A DNA stretch of 64,000 nt from Balanoglossus misakiensis (lineage: Eukaryota > Animalia > Hemichordata). The notes under the pieces were generated by a model, which was not told the DNA's origin, did not search any database, and saw only the letters and a list, made by a program, of their open reading frames with translations. Positions 62,801-64,000 of the stretch are shown piece by piece; within the stretch, counting starts at the first letter, position 1; each line of letters starts with the position of its first letter. The stretch spans positions 180,822-244,821 of the forward strand of contig CM082579.2 of assembly GCA_040954595.2 (NCBI GenBank). The letters are read 5' to 3'. The position numbers were made by a program, and so were the translations under genes.

Positions 62801-64000
62801 CAGGAAAATCGTCAAAAATCGACGATTTTGCGACTTCGGGAATTTTCGAAATTTGGTGATTTTTTGAAAAAATCATGGGTTATAGCTCAGGAAAATCGTC
62901 AAAAATCGACGATTTTGCGACTTCGGGAATTTTCGAAATTTGGTGATTTTTGAAAAAATCATGGGTTATAGCTCAGGAAAATCGTCAAAAATCGACGATT
63001 TTGCGACTTCGGGAATTTTCGAAATTTGGTGATTTTTTGAAAAAATCATGGGTTATAGCTCAGGAAAATCGTCAAAAATCGACGATTTTGCGACTTCGGG
63101 AATTTTCGAAATTTGGTGATTTTTTGAAAAAATCATGGGTTATAGCTCAGGAAAATCGTCAAAAATCGACGATTTTGCGACTTCGGGAATTTTCGAAATT
63201 TGGTGATTTTTTGAAAAAATCATGGGTTATAGCTCAGGAAAATCGTCAAAAATCGACGATTTTGCGACTTCGGGAATTTTCGAAATTTGGTGATTTTTTG
63301 AAAAAATCGTGGGTTATAGCTCAGGAAAATCGTCAAAAATCGACGATTTTGCGACTTCGGGAATTTTCGAAATTTGGTGATTTTTTGAAAAAATCATGGG
63401 TTATAGCTCAGGAAAATCGTCAAAAATCGACGATTTTGCGACTTCGGGAATTTTCGAAATTTGGTGATTTTTTGAAAAAATCATGGGTTATAGCTCAGGA
63501 AAATCGTCAAAAATCGACGATTTTGCGACTTCGGGAATTTTCGAAATTTGGTGATTTTTTGAAAAAATCATGGGTTATAGCTCAGGAAAATCGTCAAAAA
63601 TCGACGATTTTGCGACTTCGGGAATTTTCGAAATTTGGTGATTTTTTGAAAAAATCATGGGTTATAGCTCAGGAAAATCGTCAAAAATCGACGATTTTGC
63701 GACTTCGGGAATTTTCGAAATTTGGTGATTTTTTGAAAAAATCATGGGTTATAGCTCAGGAAAATCGTCAAAAATCGACGATTTTGCGACTTCGGGAATT
63801 TTTCGAAATTTGGTGATTTTTTGAAAAAATCATGGGTTATAGCTCAGGAAAATCGTCAAAAATCGACGATTTTGCGACTTCGGGAATTTTCGAAATTTGG
63901 TGATTTTTTGAAAAAATCGTGGGTTATAGCTCAGGAAAATCGTCAAAAATCGACGATTTTGCGACTTCGGGAATTTTCGAAATTTGGTGATTTTTTGAAA
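35858..64000. repeat. 87-bp tandem satellite array, about 320 head-to-tail monomers, open at the right edge
   Basis: Distal consensus tcatgggttatagctcaggaaaatcgtcaaaaatcgacgattttgcgacttcgggaattttcgaaatttggtgattttttgaaaaaa repeats without interruption to base 64000; the 29-aa periodicity in the ORF track confirms the 87-nt period. 86- and 88-bp variants arise from homopolymer length changes. Confidence 0.99.

Noticed and set aside
36105-63816. Long ORFs (up to 961 aa) of KKSWVIAQENRQKSTILRLREFSKFGDFL or MGYSSGKSSKIDDFSTSGIFEIWSFFEKI repeats
   Set aside because: They arise because 87 is divisible by 3 and one frame lacks stops. Frames are broken at random by homopolymer indels, variants show no synonymous bias, and many starts are TTG.
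35858-64000. CRISPR-like array
   Set aside because: There are no unique spacers; the whole unit repeats head to tail, and the context is eukaryotic with no cas genes.

Overview
Eukaryotic (animal) genomic DNA with GT-AG spliceosomal introns; the gene set and AT-rich introns suggest an invertebrate, possibly a deuterostome (inference). Bases 1-35.0 kb hold five spliced genes: the 5' part of a myotubularin-related MTMR6/7/8 gene (- strand), a complete nucleoporin NUP58 gene (+ strand, head-to-head with MTMR, 282 nt between the start codons), a 4-exon secreted protein of unusual architecture (angiopoietin-type CxYTF motif and coiled coil, pentraxin/LamG, EGF-like, pentraxin/LamG), a divergent prolyl 4-hydroxylase alpha subunit gene followed by a duplicate of its last two exons, and the first coding exon of an aspartylglucosaminidase (AGA)-like gene. 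From 35,858 to the window end lies an uninterrupted 87-bp tandem satellite (about 320 monomers, more than 28 kb). It begins about 0.9 kb into the AGA intron 1, has an inverted fragment at its edge and multi-monomer block duplications, and grades from diverged edge variants to a near-homogeneous interior. The long ORFs listed at 36-64 kb are by-products of this repeat. Exon boundaries were read by eye and checked for frame consistency; no database searches were run.
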